Source: Polyangiaceae bacterium (GTDB lineage: Bacteria > Myxococcota_A > Polyangia > Polyangiales > Polyangiaceae). Taken from it: a stretch of 46,101 nt of DNA. The notes under the pieces were generated by a model, which did not search any database, was not told the origin of the DNA, and saw nothing but the letters and a program-made list of their open reading frames with translations. A program made the translations under genes and the position numbers. Each line of letters opens with the position of its first letter. The first letter of the stretch is position 1. Where the stretch lies: contig JBILLK010000046.1 of assembly GCA_044376115.1 (NCBI GenBank), forward strand, positions 1 through 46,101. The letters are read 5' to 3'. Below, piece by piece: positions 28,719 to 40,832 of this stretch.

Positions 28719-30101
28719 TCAGGAGTCGTAGCCGTGCGTGCCGGTGACGACCACGACCATGCGCGAGCCTGGATAGAAAAGCACGACGTAGTCGGCGAAG
28801 TCGGTGCAGTTGTGGCAAGGCACCTCTCCCGAGGCCACGTATGCCTGGACCTCGCCGCCGCCGGTGAAGGAGTCGATCGTCGCGAGCAAGGCCGGGCCCT
28901 CGCTCGAGTAGCTGCTCGAGAACAGCGAGCTCTGCTCGAGTTCGGCGCGCGTCAGCGTGCTCCCGCCCTGCTGGAAGTTCTGATCCGACGAAGCGAGGTA
29001 AGCGACAGCGGCGTCGAGCGAAGCCGGCTCGGCGAGGCAGTCGGGCGTCACATGCAGCGTCGGCGTCCCCACGCTGCACCAGCTGCCTCCGGTACCGCAG
29101 GCGTCCGTGTAGCTTGCGGCAGCCGGCTCTAGCCCGGACGAGTCGATCGCTTGCAACGTGAACGGGCTCGGTCCCTCGAACAAGCAGACCTCCTCAGGCT
29201 GCGGCCAATAGCAGCGCGCGACGTCGCGGTAGGTGCCGCAATCGCCCAGGTCCGTCGCGCCGGACTGCTTTGCGCCGAGGATGCACCAGTAGATCGATTC
29301 CTCGCACCCGAACGTGGGAAACGCTTCATAAGGGTCGCTCGTGGTGAGCTGCAGGTCCTTCACGAAGACGTCGATGTCCGCCTCCTTCGAGCGCTCGATG
29401 TTCTGGCCTTGCGCATGGAAGAAAACAGCGTCGGTGTGCGGATCCGCAGCGAGCGCAAAGCTCGGGAACTGCCAGTCGAAGCGGAAGGTGTCAGCGTCCA
29501 CACGCACGACCTCCGGATCACTGTCGTCGTCGGTGAAGACGCTCATCTCCGTTGCGGCAAACGTCGTCGAGACCTCCCCGCGGTAGCGGAGGTAGTCGAC
29601 AGGATCGATAACGAAGACCGGGCGGATCTGTTTCGCGACGGTGATGCTCTTCGAGCCTTGGAAGCGCGTGAACTGCGCTCCGAGCGTGATGCGGGCCGTG
29701 GCTGAGCCGCTCGTCGCCGTGTCCACTCGCACGAGCAGCGGCATCCCCGATAGGACCGAGTTCTGCTCGTGGCCATCGCGCAGGACGATCTCGAACTTGC
29801 GGCTCGTCGTGAGCGCTGCGCTCCCGAACGCGTCGTCCGGTACGAAGCTGAACACGCCGGTGAGGTTGCGGTTTGCGCTCCCCTTGATCACGAGCACCCT
29901 CTGCCCGTCGCGCTCCTCGAAGCGGACCGGGCCTTGAAGGGTGACACGAATCGCGCCGGCCTGCGCGCTGAGGGAGCCGAGAGCCGAGGTCTCATCGCTC
30001 GCATCCTCCGAGCCGAGGTCCGGCGTGGAGGGCGCGCATCCGAAGAGTGAGAGCGACGCGAGCGATGCCAGGGCCAAGGCGCGAAGTGTGATGCGGTTCA
30101 T
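28719..30101 (-). CDS. hypothetical secreted lipoprotein
   Basis: LFGC lipobox; Cys-rich C-terminal region; converges on the AraC gene. Confidence 0.7.
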   Translation of the reverse strand: MNRITLRALALASLASLSLFGCAPSTPDLGSEDASDETSALGSLSAQAGAIRVTLQGPVRFEERDGQRVLVIKGSANRNLTGVFSFVPDDAFGSAALTTSRKFEIVLRDGHEQNSVLSGMPLLVRVDTATSGSATARITLGAQFTRFQGSKSITVAKQIRPVFVIDPVDYLRYRGEVSTTFAATEMSVFTDDDSDPEVVRVDADTFRFDWQFPSFALAADPHTDAVFFHAQGQNIERSKEADIDVFVKDLQLTTSDPYEAFPTFGCEESIYWCILGAKQSGATDLGDCGTYRDVARCYWPQPEEVCLFEGPSPFTLQAIDSSGLEPAAASYTDACGTGGSWCSVGTPTLHVTPDCLAEPASLDAAVAYLASSDQNFQQGGSTLTRAELEQSSLFSSSYSSEGPALLATIDSFTGGGEVQAYVASGEVPCHNCTDFADYVVLFYPGSRMVVVVTGTHGYDS

Positions 30102-30313
30102 GTGCGCCTAGGTAGTCTGCGACCCCTCCTTGTTCAAGCGGCTGCGACGCGGTCCATCAAAACGTTGCTGGCTCGACACGGAGCAACTGGGCTCGGACCC
30201 AAAGCGACGTGATCGAGCTCATTCGTGATCGGTGCAGGCCGAGCGCGATTGCAGAACGATTGCTCGGGGCGCTTCTCTTTGGCTCCAGTTCAGGATTGGA
30301 TGCACCGCCGGTT

Positions 30314-31291
30314 ATGCGCTACTCCATCTCTCTCATCGCACTTTCGCTGGTTTTCGGCTGTGCACCTGCGCCTCCGACGGAGGGCGCGCGCTCACCGGCG
30401 ACGCCTGCCGGCTCCTCCTCCTCGCTACCAATCAGCGTCCCCACGTCGACGCCGGAGGTCGCGAGCCAAAGCTCCACCAGCGCGAACACCGAGACGGCGG
30501 TTCCGCTCGTCCGGCCCGAACCTGCGCAGGAGCCACCAACCGCAGTCGTCCCCGAGCAGGCGCCGCCGACCGAGGTCGTCCCTGCGCCGGAGTCGGTCGC
30601 AATGGACGTGTCGCCCTTCGAGCCCGGGCTCGACGAGATCCTCGATGCGAGGCCGATTCGCCTTACGAAGCGCTCACCAGAGGCAATCAAGGCTGACGCG
30701 GAGCGGCTCGCGGCAAACGCGAAGGCACTCGCGCCGAAGACGAAGGGCAAGGGCAAAGCTCATGCGGGCGCAGCCGCCGCGCACGAGGAACTCGCGTACG
30801 CGTTGCGTCGAGAGCTCGCCAAGCCGCTCGTCACCGCGGAGCTCGCAACAGACTTGCGAGCGCGCCGTACGGCCGCCGAGGACGCGGCACTGGCGCACTA
30901 CTTCGAGGCAATCACCGCGGACAACACGCTCGACGAAGCGAAGTATCGGGCAGCGCACTTGCTCCACGCGCGACGCAATGTGGTCAATGCCCGCAAGCAA
31001 TACTTCGTCCTGGTCGAGAACCACCCAAACTCTGCATTCGTGCCGCTCGCGTTTCTCGGATTCGCACTGCTATTCGCCGATGAAGCGAGAGGCGACAAGT
31101 CGAAGTGGCCCTTCGTGGAGATGAGCGGGATGAAGGCGCTGGAGCCCGAAGGCAACCCAGCGACGCCAGAGGCTCTTCTGCTCATCGCGCGTGCCCAGCG
31201 AGGCTCGAGGAAAATCAGCGACTTCACCGAGACGCTCGGCAAGCTGCGTAAGGGATTCCCGCGCAGCGCCGCTGCCAAGCGCAAGCTATGA
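30314..31291 (+). CDS. putative lipoprotein with TPR-like helical repeats
   Basis: VFGC lipobox; EAKYRAAHL...YFVLVENHPNS...LRKGFPRS TPR-like pattern. Confidence 0.65.
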   Translation: MRYSISLIALSLVFGCAPAPPTEGARSPATPAGSSSSLPISVPTSTPEVASQSSTSANTETAVPLVRPEPAQEPPTAVVPEQAPPTEVVPAPESVAMDVSPFEPGLDEILDARPIRLTKRSPEAIKADAERLAANAKALAPKTKGKGKAHAGAAAAHEELAYALRRELAKPLVTAELATDLRARRTAAEDAALAHYFEAITADNTLDEAKYRAAHLLHARRNVVNARKQYFVLVENHPNSAFVPLAFLGFALLFADEARGDKSKWPFVEMSGMKALEPEGNPATPEALLLIARAQRGSRKISDFTETLGKLRKGFPRSAAAKRKL

Positions 31292-31357
31292 CGCGCGAGT
31301 GCACGTATTATCGGGTCGTTCGACTTCCCCTTCCACCCGCGAACGGCTGCCGCCATT

Positions 31358-31852
31358 ATGAACGAAAACCCAAACCAAGCCCTTCTCCAAGAAGTGGAAG
31401 AGGCGCGCCTCGCGTTCGCGGAGGCGGAGGCAGAGTTGGCGCGCGAGGAGAAGCGGCCGGCCCGGACGTTGCCCGGCCCCAAGCTTCAACGCACCAATGT
31501 TCAAAGCCCCGATGGCTATCGCACCGCCGACCAAAGCGAGGAATTGAGGAGAGAGCTTCGCGAGCTCCATCGTTCGCTCGCTGACACCCGAATCGAGCTG
31601 AGTATCTTGCAAAGCCGCGCGCGAGCCGCGATTGAACGCGCAAGTCCCAATCGGAGCCTGCTCGGCGTTCTTTTGCCGTTGCTGGTGGTCGGCGGAGCGT
31701 CCTACGCCGCCTTTACCAGCGCGGGCCTAACCTTGGCGTTGCTGCTTGTGACGGTGTTCGGAGTCCTGCTGTTTCGGCTGCTCGGGGCTGGCGACTCGGA
31801 TCCCCCGATCGCCGGTGGCGGCAGCTCGACGCAGTTGCCCCGGCATGACTAG
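31358..31852 (+). CDS. hypothetical coiled-coil membrane protein
   Basis: Coiled-coil N-terminus, two C-terminal TM segments. Confidence 0.55.
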   Translation: MNENPNQALLQEVEEARLAFAEAEAELAREEKRPARTLPGPKLQRTNVQSPDGYRTADQSEELRRELRELHRSLADTRIELSILQSRARAAIERASPNRSLLGVLLPLLVVGGASYAAFTSAGLTLALLLVTVFGVLLFRLLGAGDSDPPIAGGGSSTQLPRHD

Positions 31853-31932
31853 GGCGGACGTCGTTCGTATGGCAAGCAGCTCGCGACGTCAGTCCACTGC
31901 GACAACGCGGGCGTTCGCTGCACAATGCCGGC

Positions 31933-32076
31933 ATGAAGATCGAGCATGTCCCGGTCCAGATCAGCGACTGGTCGCAGATCGCTGCCACTGAGCACCCAGG
32001 TGAAGCCGGCGTCGCGCGCTGGCGTACGGTCGAGCAGGGCAACATACGCGTGCGGATCGTCGAGTATTCGCCGGGG
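31933..32076 (+). pseudogene. truncated DHCW-motif cupin paralog
   Basis: First 48 codons are highly similar to 35168-35311; it breaks off before DHWC. Confidence 0.8.
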
Positions 32077-32124
32077 CCGATAGGGCCCTCTGGCCGGCAT
32101 CTCCTTCATCGGCTACGAACGCGC

Positions 32125-32751
32125 ATGCTTGTGCACCGGTGGGACGGCCCAATCGACGACAAGGAATGGCGAACGTTCGTGGAGACGCAGGGCTTCGGTC
32201 AGCTGGTGGCCTCAGGTCGCAACCGAGACGTGCCCGTCATTGTTCCAACTCAGTACGTATTGCTGGCGAGCCGGGTCGTGCTCCACCTCGCGCGAGGGAA
32301 CCCTATCTGGTCGGCTATCGCTGAGAACGCGCTCGTGGTCCTCAGCGTCGCGGGGGATTGGAGTTACATCCCGTCTTCTTGGAAGGCGATTGGAAACGAG
32401 GATCCGCGGCAGGGGATCCCAACGACCTACTACGGCTCGGCGCAGCTCACCTGCCGGGCAGAGGTCATCGACGAGCCGGAGGGAATAGCCGATGTCCTAC
32501 GCACGCAGCTCGCGGCGCTCGAGCCCGGGAGCGACGCCGTCGATCCGCTGGAGCACCGCGCGAGGTTGAAGGAGATTCGTGGTCTGTCGCTCGCCATCGA
32601 GAAGGTGCAGGCCAAGTTCAAGTACGGTGGCAACGTGGACCGCGCGCATCGGCTGGCCGTGGCCGAACGCTTGGCCGAGCGAGCCGGACCGGGAGATGAA
32701 GCGGCGCGCGCTCGGCTCCTTTCGCGCCTCGAACCGCAACCACCGACATGA
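32125..32751 (+). CDS. FMN-binding negative transcriptional regulator (PaiB family)
   Basis: GFGQLV, HLARGNP, YIPSSW...PTTYY, AKFKYGGN. Confidence 0.85.
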   Translation: MLVHRWDGPIDDKEWRTFVETQGFGQLVASGRNRDVPVIVPTQYVLLASRVVLHLARGNPIWSAIAENALVVLSVAGDWSYIPSSWKAIGNEDPRQGIPTTYYGSAQLTCRAEVIDEPEGIADVLRTQLAALEPGSDAVDPLEHRARLKEIRGLSLAIEKVQAKFKYGGNVDRAHRLAVAERLAERAGPGDEAARARLLSRLEPQPPT

Positions 32752-33620
32752 GCATCGAGGTTGTTGAGGACGTAGCGCGACCCGACGGCGAGCTGCTGGC
32801 GGAGATCGACGGGGTGCTTGTACGAGCTTACGGCGGCGCTTCTCGTCGGGCGCGTATCGAGCGCTTCCTGTTCGTTGATGACGCTGGTTGGGTGATGCTC
32901 CGGCGCGAAGGGCGAGTCGTCTCGGTGGGTGCGTTCATCGGCTACCGTTCAGCTGGATTCGGCTGGATCGGGCTCGTGGCGACCGAACCGCGCGCTCAGG
33001 GTGGTGGCTTTGGCCGCGTGATCACCGAGGCGCTGATCGAGCGTCTTCGGCGGATCGGCTGCGCGGCCGTGCTCGACGGCTCGAAGTCCGGCGCGCCGCT
33101 CTACGAACGCATGGGGTTCTCGGACTTCGGGCTGAGTCACGCGCTCATGGCACCCGCGGAACTCGTGCTCTCCGACCAAACGCCCGCTGGCCTCGAGAGC
33201 GTGCAGCTCGTGCCGATCGGCGCGGAGATGATGCAGAGCGTGCTGTCCTTCGATCAGCATGCGTTCGGCGCCGACCGGCGCTCGCTCTTGAGCTACCTCC
33301 TCGAGGCCAATCCGGGCAGGCACGTTGCGGCGATCACGGAAGCTGGATTGGTCGGCTACGGTATTGCGCAAGCCGATCTCCTCGGCCCCATCGTCGCCGA
33401 TAGCGCGACGACTTTGCGTGCGATCGTAATGTCGCTCCACTCGCTCGACTTCGGCTCCCCGCCTTCGCTGCTCGTGCCTCCAGAGTGTGCGTTTCTTCCC
33501 ACGCTGCTGAAGCTGGGCTTCACCTCCGCACGAACCCTTCGTCGGCAACATCTCGGCATCGGCGAGCTACCCGGGCTGCGAGGCCGGCTCTGTGCCCAGG
33601 CGAGCTTTGGCGAAGGTTGA
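32748..33620 (+). CDS. GNAT family N-acetyltransferase
   Basis: WIGLVATEPRAQGGGFG, LYERMGF, FGADR; ATGA overlap with the PaiB gene. Confidence 0.88.
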   Translation: MSIEVVEDVARPDGELLAEIDGVLVRAYGGASRRARIERFLFVDDAGWVMLRREGRVVSVGAFIGYRSAGFGWIGLVATEPRAQGGGFGRVITEALIERLRRIGCAAVLDGSKSGAPLYERMGFSDFGLSHALMAPAELVLSDQTPAGLESVQLVPIGAEMMQSVLSFDQHAFGADRRSLLSYLLEANPGRHVAAITEAGLVGYGIAQADLLGPIVADSATTLRAIVMSLHSLDFGSPPSLLVPPECAFLPTLLKLGFTSARTLRRQHLGIGELPGLRGRLCAQASFGEG

Positions 33621-33663
33621 CCGTCGCGACGGGCTCGTTGGAAGGGCGGCGTGCCCTCGGCGC

Positions 33664-34938
33664 TCACTCGAGGGTCAGCTTGCGGGTGAGGGTGCCTCGG
33701 AGGCTCCCGTCGGCGTTGAAGGAGCGGACCGTGAAGGTCCGCGGCCCGAGTTGATTGAACTTCGAGCGGACCGCCAAGCGAGTCGAGCGCGACTTCCCGC
33801 TCACCGAGTCGGTCAGGAGGAAGCCGTCTGCGCGGACTTCGATCGAAGCCGCGCCGGCGGGCGCCCGCTCGAGGCCGATTTCGTAGAGCGCGGCCCCCAT
33901 CTGCTTGATGTAGACCGCGGTCCCGCTGGTGACGTCGATCGAGCCGATCCCGCGCGCCACGGGCGTGTCGGAGGCGTCGAGGCCGATCACCTCAAACAGC
34001 CGACCGTTCTTCTCGCTCGTGAACTCGTACGAGTCCGGGAAGTTCGAGCCATCTGCTTTGGTTGCGCTCCCGATCTCGAAGCCGTCGACGCGGTACTCCA
34101 CCGACGCAACGTTTGACGGCGCCAGCGCGCGGAGCTCGTAGCGGCCGTCGGCTTGCCTTGCCCAGTAGACCTCGAGCGGCGCCAGATCGTTCGCGGTCCA
34201 GAACGCGAGCCCGCCGGGCTCGGAGATCGCGAGGTTGAGGCCCTCCGTGTAGGTCTGCGTTCGTGGGCCCCAGCAGCTCCAGTTCGGCTGGCAACCGTTG
34301 TAGTAGCGGACCACGGTCTTGATCCATTGGTCGCGAAGCACCGGGTCGCTTGGATCAAAGGCGTCGAGCCACGCGAGGGCCTTGGCGTCGGTCTCAGCGT
34401 TGGTGGTGTAGATGGAGTCCCGCACCATCCCGACGACGTAGTCCACGGCGTGGCCCATCTGTCCGTCGATGGTCAGAACGTCGGAGCCATACGCGGCGAG
34501 CGTTTGGTTGAAGGTTCCCGCGTCGAACTGAAAGAGGCCGAGCCCACCCTCCTTCAAACTGCAAGGGCCGTCGCCGGAGCCTGCGATCACGGGGCCACCG
34601 CCACAGTCGGCTGAGACCGGGCCCTTGCAGGCCCATGTCGCCTCGGACCAGCACATGACGAGGCCTGTCTCGGAGTTCGCGATGCCGGCGAAGAGGTAAC
34701 CACTCTTCTTGACCCCTCGCGTCCGCAGCGCGTCGCGAATGCGCTCGTAGCGGGGCTCCTTCTGCGCCGCCGTAAGCGACTCCTGAAGGTCCTCGGACTG
34801 CTCGTTCGGCGCATCGTCCAACGAGCTACCGGGAGCGCAGCTCGCAGCCATCGAGAGCAGAGCGGCCGACGCTAACGCCGTCAGGCGTCGTGCAGGGAGG
34901 GAGGCTCGCGTCGGGGAGGCGGTGCGTGAGTCGGCCAT
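33664..34938 (-). CDS. lipoprotein with lysozyme/transglycosylase-like domain and two C-terminal beta-rich repeats
   Basis: AASC lipobox; GIANSETG, GLGLFQF, YYNG motifs; repeated VEYRVDGF/IEVRADGF. Confidence 0.65.
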   Translation of the reverse strand: MADSRTASPTRASLPARRLTALASAALLSMAASCAPGSSLDDAPNEQSEDLQESLTAAQKEPRYERIRDALRTRGVKKSGYLFAGIANSETGLVMCWSEATWACKGPVSADCGGGPVIAGSGDGPCSLKEGGLGLFQFDAGTFNQTLAAYGSDVLTIDGQMGHAVDYVVGMVRDSIYTTNAETDAKALAWLDAFDPSDPVLRDQWIKTVVRYYNGCQPNWSCWGPRTQTYTEGLNLAISEPGGLAFWTANDLAPLEVYWARQADGRYELRALAPSNVASVEYRVDGFEIGSATKADGSNFPDSYEFTSEKNGRLFEVIGLDASDTPVARGIGSIDVTSGTAVYIKQMGAALYEIGLERAPAGAASIEVRADGFLLTDSVSGKSRSTRLAVRSKFNQLGPRTFTVRSFNADGSLRGTLTRKLTLE

Positions 34939-35000
34939 GGCTCGACACGAGCACGCTCCGGGCCAGCGAAAATGCAGGGCTTTATGGGCCTTAATCCTGG

Positions 35001-35048
35001 GCGTTGGATCTCTTGGATCCAACTGGAGGGATCCAAGGGATCCAACGC
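35001..35048. repeat. 20-bp-arm inverted repeat (hairpin) in a divergent intergenic region
   Basis: gcgttggatctcttggatcc-aactggag-ggatccaagggatccaacgc, 1 mismatch. Confidence 0.8.
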
Positions 35049-35167
35049 GCTCGCGTGGATCTGCAGCTGCCTTTCGGATGCGCGAAGTGGGTGCGTGTCG
35101 GACACGTGCTTTGCGCATGGGCGATCGCGAGCACCCTCTGCTTCACGCGTCACTGCACAATGCCGCG

Positions 35168-35497
35168 ATGAAGATCGAGAATGTTCCGTTCCAGACCACC
35201 GACTGGTCGCAAATCATCGCGACCGAGCACCCAGGTGAAGTCGGCGTCGCGCGCTGGCGCACGGTCGAGCAGGGCAATGTACGCGTTCGGGTCGTCGAGT
35301 ACTCGCCGGGGTACGTCGCTGATCATTGGTGTGAACGCGGACACGTGATCCTCGTGCTCGAGGGCGAGCTGATCACCGAGCTGCGCGACGGGCGGCGCTT
35401 CACGCTCGGGCCGGGCATGAGCTATCAGGTGGCAGACGGTGATGGCGCGCATCGCTCGGTGAGTCCGAAGGGCGCGAAGCTCTGGATCGTCGACTGA
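35168..35497 (+). CDS. DHCW-motif cupin fold protein
   Basis: VEYSPGYVADHWCERGHVILVLEGEL. Confidence 0.92.
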   Translation: MKIENVPFQTTDWSQIIATEHPGEVGVARWRTVEQGNVRVRVVEYSPGYVADHWCERGHVILVLEGELITELRDGRRFTLGPGMSYQVADGDGAHRSVSPKGAKLWIVD

Positions 35498-35551
35498 GAC
35501 GCCTTCACAGCCGTGGCACTCTGCCTTTGAGGAAGGCTACGCTCGCGCGCG

Positions 35552-36559
35552 ATGCGCTCATCCTTCATCGCAATATCGTCTCTCTCGCTCCTCGCGTGCG
35601 GCGGAGCCAATCCGCCCGCTGGTCCGGCAGCCGGCGCGTCCTCAGCGGAACTGGCGCCACAGGCAACCACTGCGACCACCGCAGTCGCCGCGACCGCTAG
35701 CGCGGCAGCGACGGCCTCTGCGGCGTCAAGCAGCAGAGCCCCGCTGCCGATTTCGCTCGACGGTAAGAAGCTGCGTTGCGGTGAGGATCGCTGCCGCGGT
35801 GAGGTCGACTTCAGGGGGCAGATCCGCTTTCAGCAGATCGATCCAAACACGATGGCCCGCTGGGGCGGGCAGCCCGAACGCGCGCTCGTCGATCGAGGCG
35901 CAAAGTTCAGCGATGAGCGCTACGAACTCCCTGCGCCCACGCTCGAGGAGGTGTTCGCGTCGCGTGCTGCCGACGACTTGGTGTTGCCTGATGACGGTCC
36001 GAACGGGCTAATGCCAGTTCCGAGCGACGCAATCCGCGTGGGGGTGGAACTCGAGCTCCGCTTCCCCGATGGCGTGCTCGCGCGCGGCCAAGTGTTGCTC
36101 GCCGACAGAGCCGTGCGCCTCGGCTTCGGCGAATGGATGGGGCGCGTACGGAAGGGCCCTTTGCCGTTGCCTGGCGAGCCTGCTCACGAAGGCGCGCCGC
36201 GCGCGATGTGGGTCGAGTTTCCGAATGAGGTGCGCGGCAGCGCGCGCTCTGCGGCCGAGCTCGACTGGGTGCTCGTGTTCGACGACGCGTCGCGAACGAT
36301 CAACTGCCAACGCCGCGTGAAGGGCAAGCCCGAGCAAGTCGCCTTTCAGGTCAATGACGTGCACGGGCGGGTCTTCGATCGACGAACCGGTAAGCTCGTT
36401 GGGGAGAAGACGCTCCCGGATCCCGGCGCACCGAAATGCGGCGAGTACTTCCAATGGCTCGACGAGGGCGTGGGCGGCGTGCTGGGCATGCGAGACAAGA
36501 CGGCGTTCGTGCAGATCGCCAACTGGGCGTGGAGCACGCTGCGAGCTGGGACGCCGTGA
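35552..36559 (+). CDS. hypothetical lipoprotein
   Basis: LLAC lipobox, Ala-rich linker. Confidence 0.65.
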   Translation: MRSSFIAISSLSLLACGGANPPAGPAAGASSAELAPQATTATTAVAATASAAATASAASSSRAPLPISLDGKKLRCGEDRCRGEVDFRGQIRFQQIDPNTMARWGGQPERALVDRGAKFSDERYELPAPTLEEVFASRAADDLVLPDDGPNGLMPVPSDAIRVGVELELRFPDGVLARGQVLLADRAVRLGFGEWMGRVRKGPLPLPGEPAHEGAPRAMWVEFPNEVRGSARSAAELDWVLVFDDASRTINCQRRVKGKPEQVAFQVNDVHGRVFDRRTGKLVGEKTLPDPGAPKCGEYFQWLDEGVGGVLGMRDKTAFVQIANWAWSTLRAGTP

Positions 36560-36571
36560 GCCTGGCTCGGA

Positions 36572-37558
<987 letters not shown>

Positions 37559-37717
37559 CAACAGCAGATAGCGCGATAAGGCGTCGGGCGCCGCTCCATC
37601 GTCGGAGAGTTTGTGGCGATGCACGAAAGTCCTGCAAAGGGGCCAACCACTCTTGCAGCTTGAGCTGTGCGGCCCGCGTTGCTCCAACCTGCGGCCGGCG
37701 GTAGTGATCTCCGGGCT

Positions 37718-40567
37718 ATGTCGACGCGCCCGAATTGGTTGCTCCCACTTTTCTGGACGAGTTTCGTCGCGTGCAGTGACGCGGGCTCGAGGCAGCCTGT
37801 TCGAGTCCCCCCAACACAGGAGCCGGCAGCCACCCCGCGTACGCCGAACCAGTACTACCTGCGCTTGCCACGTCCGGGGCAGCAAGGGCGCGTCGAGCTG
37901 GGGGACGGGCGCATCGGCTTCGTCACCCGTGGCGAGCGCTGGATCCTCGACGCGCGCGGTGTCGTTGTCGCGCGCGTCCATACCGATGCGTTCGTGGTGA
38001 GCGTCACGCAAGTTGCCGCGGAGGAGGGGACGAGCTTTCTGTTTTCGACCCGCGACGGGCTGTACGCGAGCGAGACGTTTGATGGTCCGCTGGAGAGGCT
38101 GCTCGGCGAACAAGCCTCGTACGTTGCGGGAGGGCCTGGCTTCGCCTTCGTTCGCACCTACGACGGGCGCACGATCACGCAGAGCTTCGCGAACGGCACG
38201 CGACCGAACTTCCCGCTCGGGACCCAGAGCGTCGGGGCCTCGAAGAGCGGCGCTATCGGGGCCGTGGTCGATGGAGGGCTTGCGTTCCTATCGATCGACA
38301 AGGGCGCGCACTTTAGCGACGTGAGCAAGGCCGTGGGCGAGTCCTCCGACGTGGTGGTGCGAGGGGGCAAGCTGTACTTCACGAGCTCGAGCGGCGAGGC
38401 CTTCGCCGTCGAAGGTGAGCGCATCGTGCCGGCGCTCATGCCCGAAGAACCAGCGCTCCAGAATGATCCTGCGTGGTCGCGCAGCGAGAGCCCGATCGAG
38501 GTTGCCGTCAGCCGCGGCGCCCAAATTCCCGGTGAGCGCGCTGTCTTTGTCGAGGCCGGTGCGGTCTTCACCGTGTCGCTCGCGACCGGGGATGTCCTCG
38601 CTGTCGAGCGCGGCGTCTTGCCGCCGACCGGGCAATGCACTCCCGTCGCCCTTAGCCAAACGACGCTATTTCTTTGTGGCAAATCAGTGTTCGCGCGCGG
38701 CCCGAGCGGCAAGGTCGAGCTCGAGCAGACCATGGCCGCCGAAGGTAGCTTCGTCAAAGGTTTCGGCGACGCGCTGCTCTACACGGCAGGATGCGGTGCG
38801 ACCACCAAGTTGGGCCTTGCATGCGTGCGCCGCGCCGACGGCAGCTGGAGCGAGCTTGATCGTTCGGGCGACCTGTCTGAAGCGCCCGCGGATCACCCGC
38901 TGCAGCTCCGCGCGTGGATCCCCGAGGGCGAGGGCGCGCGGCTCTTGGTCGAGGGCGAGGGCGGCGGCTTGTGGGACGCCAAGACGGGGGCCAAGACGGC
39001 GCTTTTGCCCGACGAGATCACCCGCCTCAGCGAGCTGTTAGCGCCGCCTTCATACACTGGCTTACTGAATCGATCTGGGATCGACGACGAGGGACGCATC
39101 GTCGGCGTCGGACGCGACGGCGTCGGCTTCCGCGTGCTCGACTCGGGCCACCGCATCGAGCTGTCCTCCTTTCGCTTTTCGAGTCCGAAGAGCGCCGGCC
39201 AGCGTGTGCTCGCACGGGACGCCAGCAGCAACACCTACTGGCAATCCCAGGACTACGGCTTCACCTTCACCGAGGTCGACGGCCCGCCAGACGCCCCGAA
39301 CCAACGTGAAGACGTGAGCGGCTGCTCCGATGCCGGCTGCAGTTTCTCGCAATGGCTGCGCGCTGGCTGGGAGCCGAGACCTCCTGTCGCACGCCAGGAC
39401 GAGCGCTTCGCTACAAGCGCGGGCTCGCGACGCTCCGTCAAGTTGCCGAGCTTGCGCTGCAACGTCGTTGGAGCACAAACGCGCAAGGCCGCGCCGAACC
39501 TCCAAGAGCGGCTCGGCTTCGGCGCCGAGAACTTGAAGGCCGACGAGCAAGCGTACGTCGCGCTCTATCCGTTTGGAGGCACGGTCGGTGGCTCATTCGT
39601 CGAGAGCACGCACCTGCGCGCAATCGTGACCGGTAGGCAACCGCTGCTCACCGACGACCCGACCTCCTCCCAACGCGCGGCGAGCCGACGCGTCCGAGCG
39701 ATCGCACCGTTCGACATCAAGGCTGCCATGTTCGAAAGTACGCTCAACCTATCGGAGCTTTTCGATGTCGCCCGCTCGAGCGGCGGCGCCGGTCCGGATC
39801 TGTCCTCGCTCGACGAGCGTGGGCAGTCGATCGCGGTCATCGGCGCCACGCCCTCGCTGATCCTCTCGGGCCAGAGTGGGCCATCTCTTTGGCTGCGCCC
39901 AAAGGAGCGCCCCTTCGTCTTCTCCTTCCCCGACTCGACCTCGCCCCCGATCGTCGCTGCGGCCGAGTTGAAGAAGGACGAACTCGCCGTGCTGGTGGCG
40001 CGCGACGACGGCGCGCTGGTGGTGCGCTCGGTCGGACGCGGACGCTCCAACGATCTGTTCCACGTCCCTCCGAATCTTGGCAACGTCGCTTTCAGTCCCA
40101 CCGACACGCTGGCGATCGGCCCTGACGCCGAGCTCGGGGTACTGCGCGTGCGCACCGACGAACCGCCTACCCAAGAGAATCCGGCGATCCTGATCCGCCC
40201 GGGCAAGCCGAACCTCGCGTTAGCAGCGTGGTCGACGCTCGCTGCCGACGGCTCCGCGGAGTGCTCCGCAGCGCAGGGCTTTCGGGCGGTGATCAGCACC
40301 AAGGTCCCATGGCTCGAGGCGCTTTCTCTCGGTACGGAGGGATTCAGTGAACGCCCAGGTCTGATGCTCGTACGCTGGAGCGCCGAGCGCGTGTGTTTGG
40401 AGGCCGTCGAGATCCCGTACCTCTCGCAGACACTTCCCTCGACCAGCTCTGCGGACTCGGTGCTCGTCGCGCGCTTCGGTAAAGACGCGCCTGCGCCGGG
40501 GGCACAGATCCTGATCGCTGAGGGCGCCGAGCTACGCGAACCACGGAGCTGCGAGCTCATCCCTTGA
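37718..40567 (+). CDS. large hypothetical lipoprotein (BNR-like repeats)
   Basis: FVAC lipobox; SIDKGAHF and SQDYGFTF Asp-box-like motifs. Confidence 0.75.
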   Translation: MSTRPNWLLPLFWTSFVACSDAGSRQPVRVPPTQEPAATPRTPNQYYLRLPRPGQQGRVELGDGRIGFVTRGERWILDARGVVVARVHTDAFVVSVTQVAAEEGTSFLFSTRDGLYASETFDGPLERLLGEQASYVAGGPGFAFVRTYDGRTITQSFANGTRPNFPLGTQSVGASKSGAIGAVVDGGLAFLSIDKGAHFSDVSKAVGESSDVVVRGGKLYFTSSSGEAFAVEGERIVPALMPEEPALQNDPAWSRSESPIEVAVSRGAQIPGERAVFVEAGAVFTVSLATGDVLAVERGVLPPTGQCTPVALSQTTLFLCGKSVFARGPSGKVELEQTMAAEGSFVKGFGDALLYTAGCGATTKLGLACVRRADGSWSELDRSGDLSEAPADHPLQLRAWIPEGEGARLLVEGEGGGLWDAKTGAKTALLPDEITRLSELLAPPSYTGLLNRSGIDDEGRIVGVGRDGVGFRVLDSGHRIELSSFRFSSPKSAGQRVLARDASSNTYWQSQDYGFTFTEVDGPPDAPNQREDVSGCSDAGCSFSQWLRAGWEPRPPVARQDERFATSAGSRRSVKLPSLRCNVVGAQTRKAAPNLQERLGFGAENLKADEQAYVALYPFGGTVGGSFVESTHLRAIVTGRQPLLTDDPTSSQRAASRRVRAIAPFDIKAAMFESTLNLSELFDVARSSGGAGPDLSSLDERGQSIAVIGATPSLILSGQSGPSLWLRPKERPFVFSFPDSTSPPIVAAAELKKDELAVLVARDDGALVVRSVGRGRSNDLFHVPPNLGNVAFSPTDTLAIGPDAELGVLRVRTDEPPTQENPAILIRPGKPNLALAAWSTLAADGSAECSAAQGFRAVISTKVPWLEALSLGTEGFSERPGLMLVRWSAERVCLEAVEIPYLSQTLPSTSSADSVLVARFGKDAPAPGAQILIAEGAELREPRSCELIP

Positions 40568-40832
40568 GGGCGCTACCCGCGCCGCGAGGCCGGATGTGTA
40601 GCTCGCGCCGCAGCTCCTCGAGGTCGCGCTCCCACAAGTCCTCGAAGCGTACGACGGGCAAGAAGGCCCAGGCTTTCCCCCGCCGATAGCCTTCCCACAC
40701 CAAGCGCGCGGAGCGCGGTGACTTGAACAGCGTGCCGAGCACCGCAATGATACGCGCGCTCGGCGCGCCCAGCTGCGCGTAGGTAAAGGCCTGCAGCGCG
40801 AGCTCTCCCTCTACGTCCGGCGTGTAGCCGGC
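40557..40832 (-). pseudogene. Coq4-like protein, C-terminal fragment
   Basis: GYTPDVEGELALQAFTYAQ...RFEDLWERDLEELRREL; the upstream HDxxH region is absent. Confidence 0.75.
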
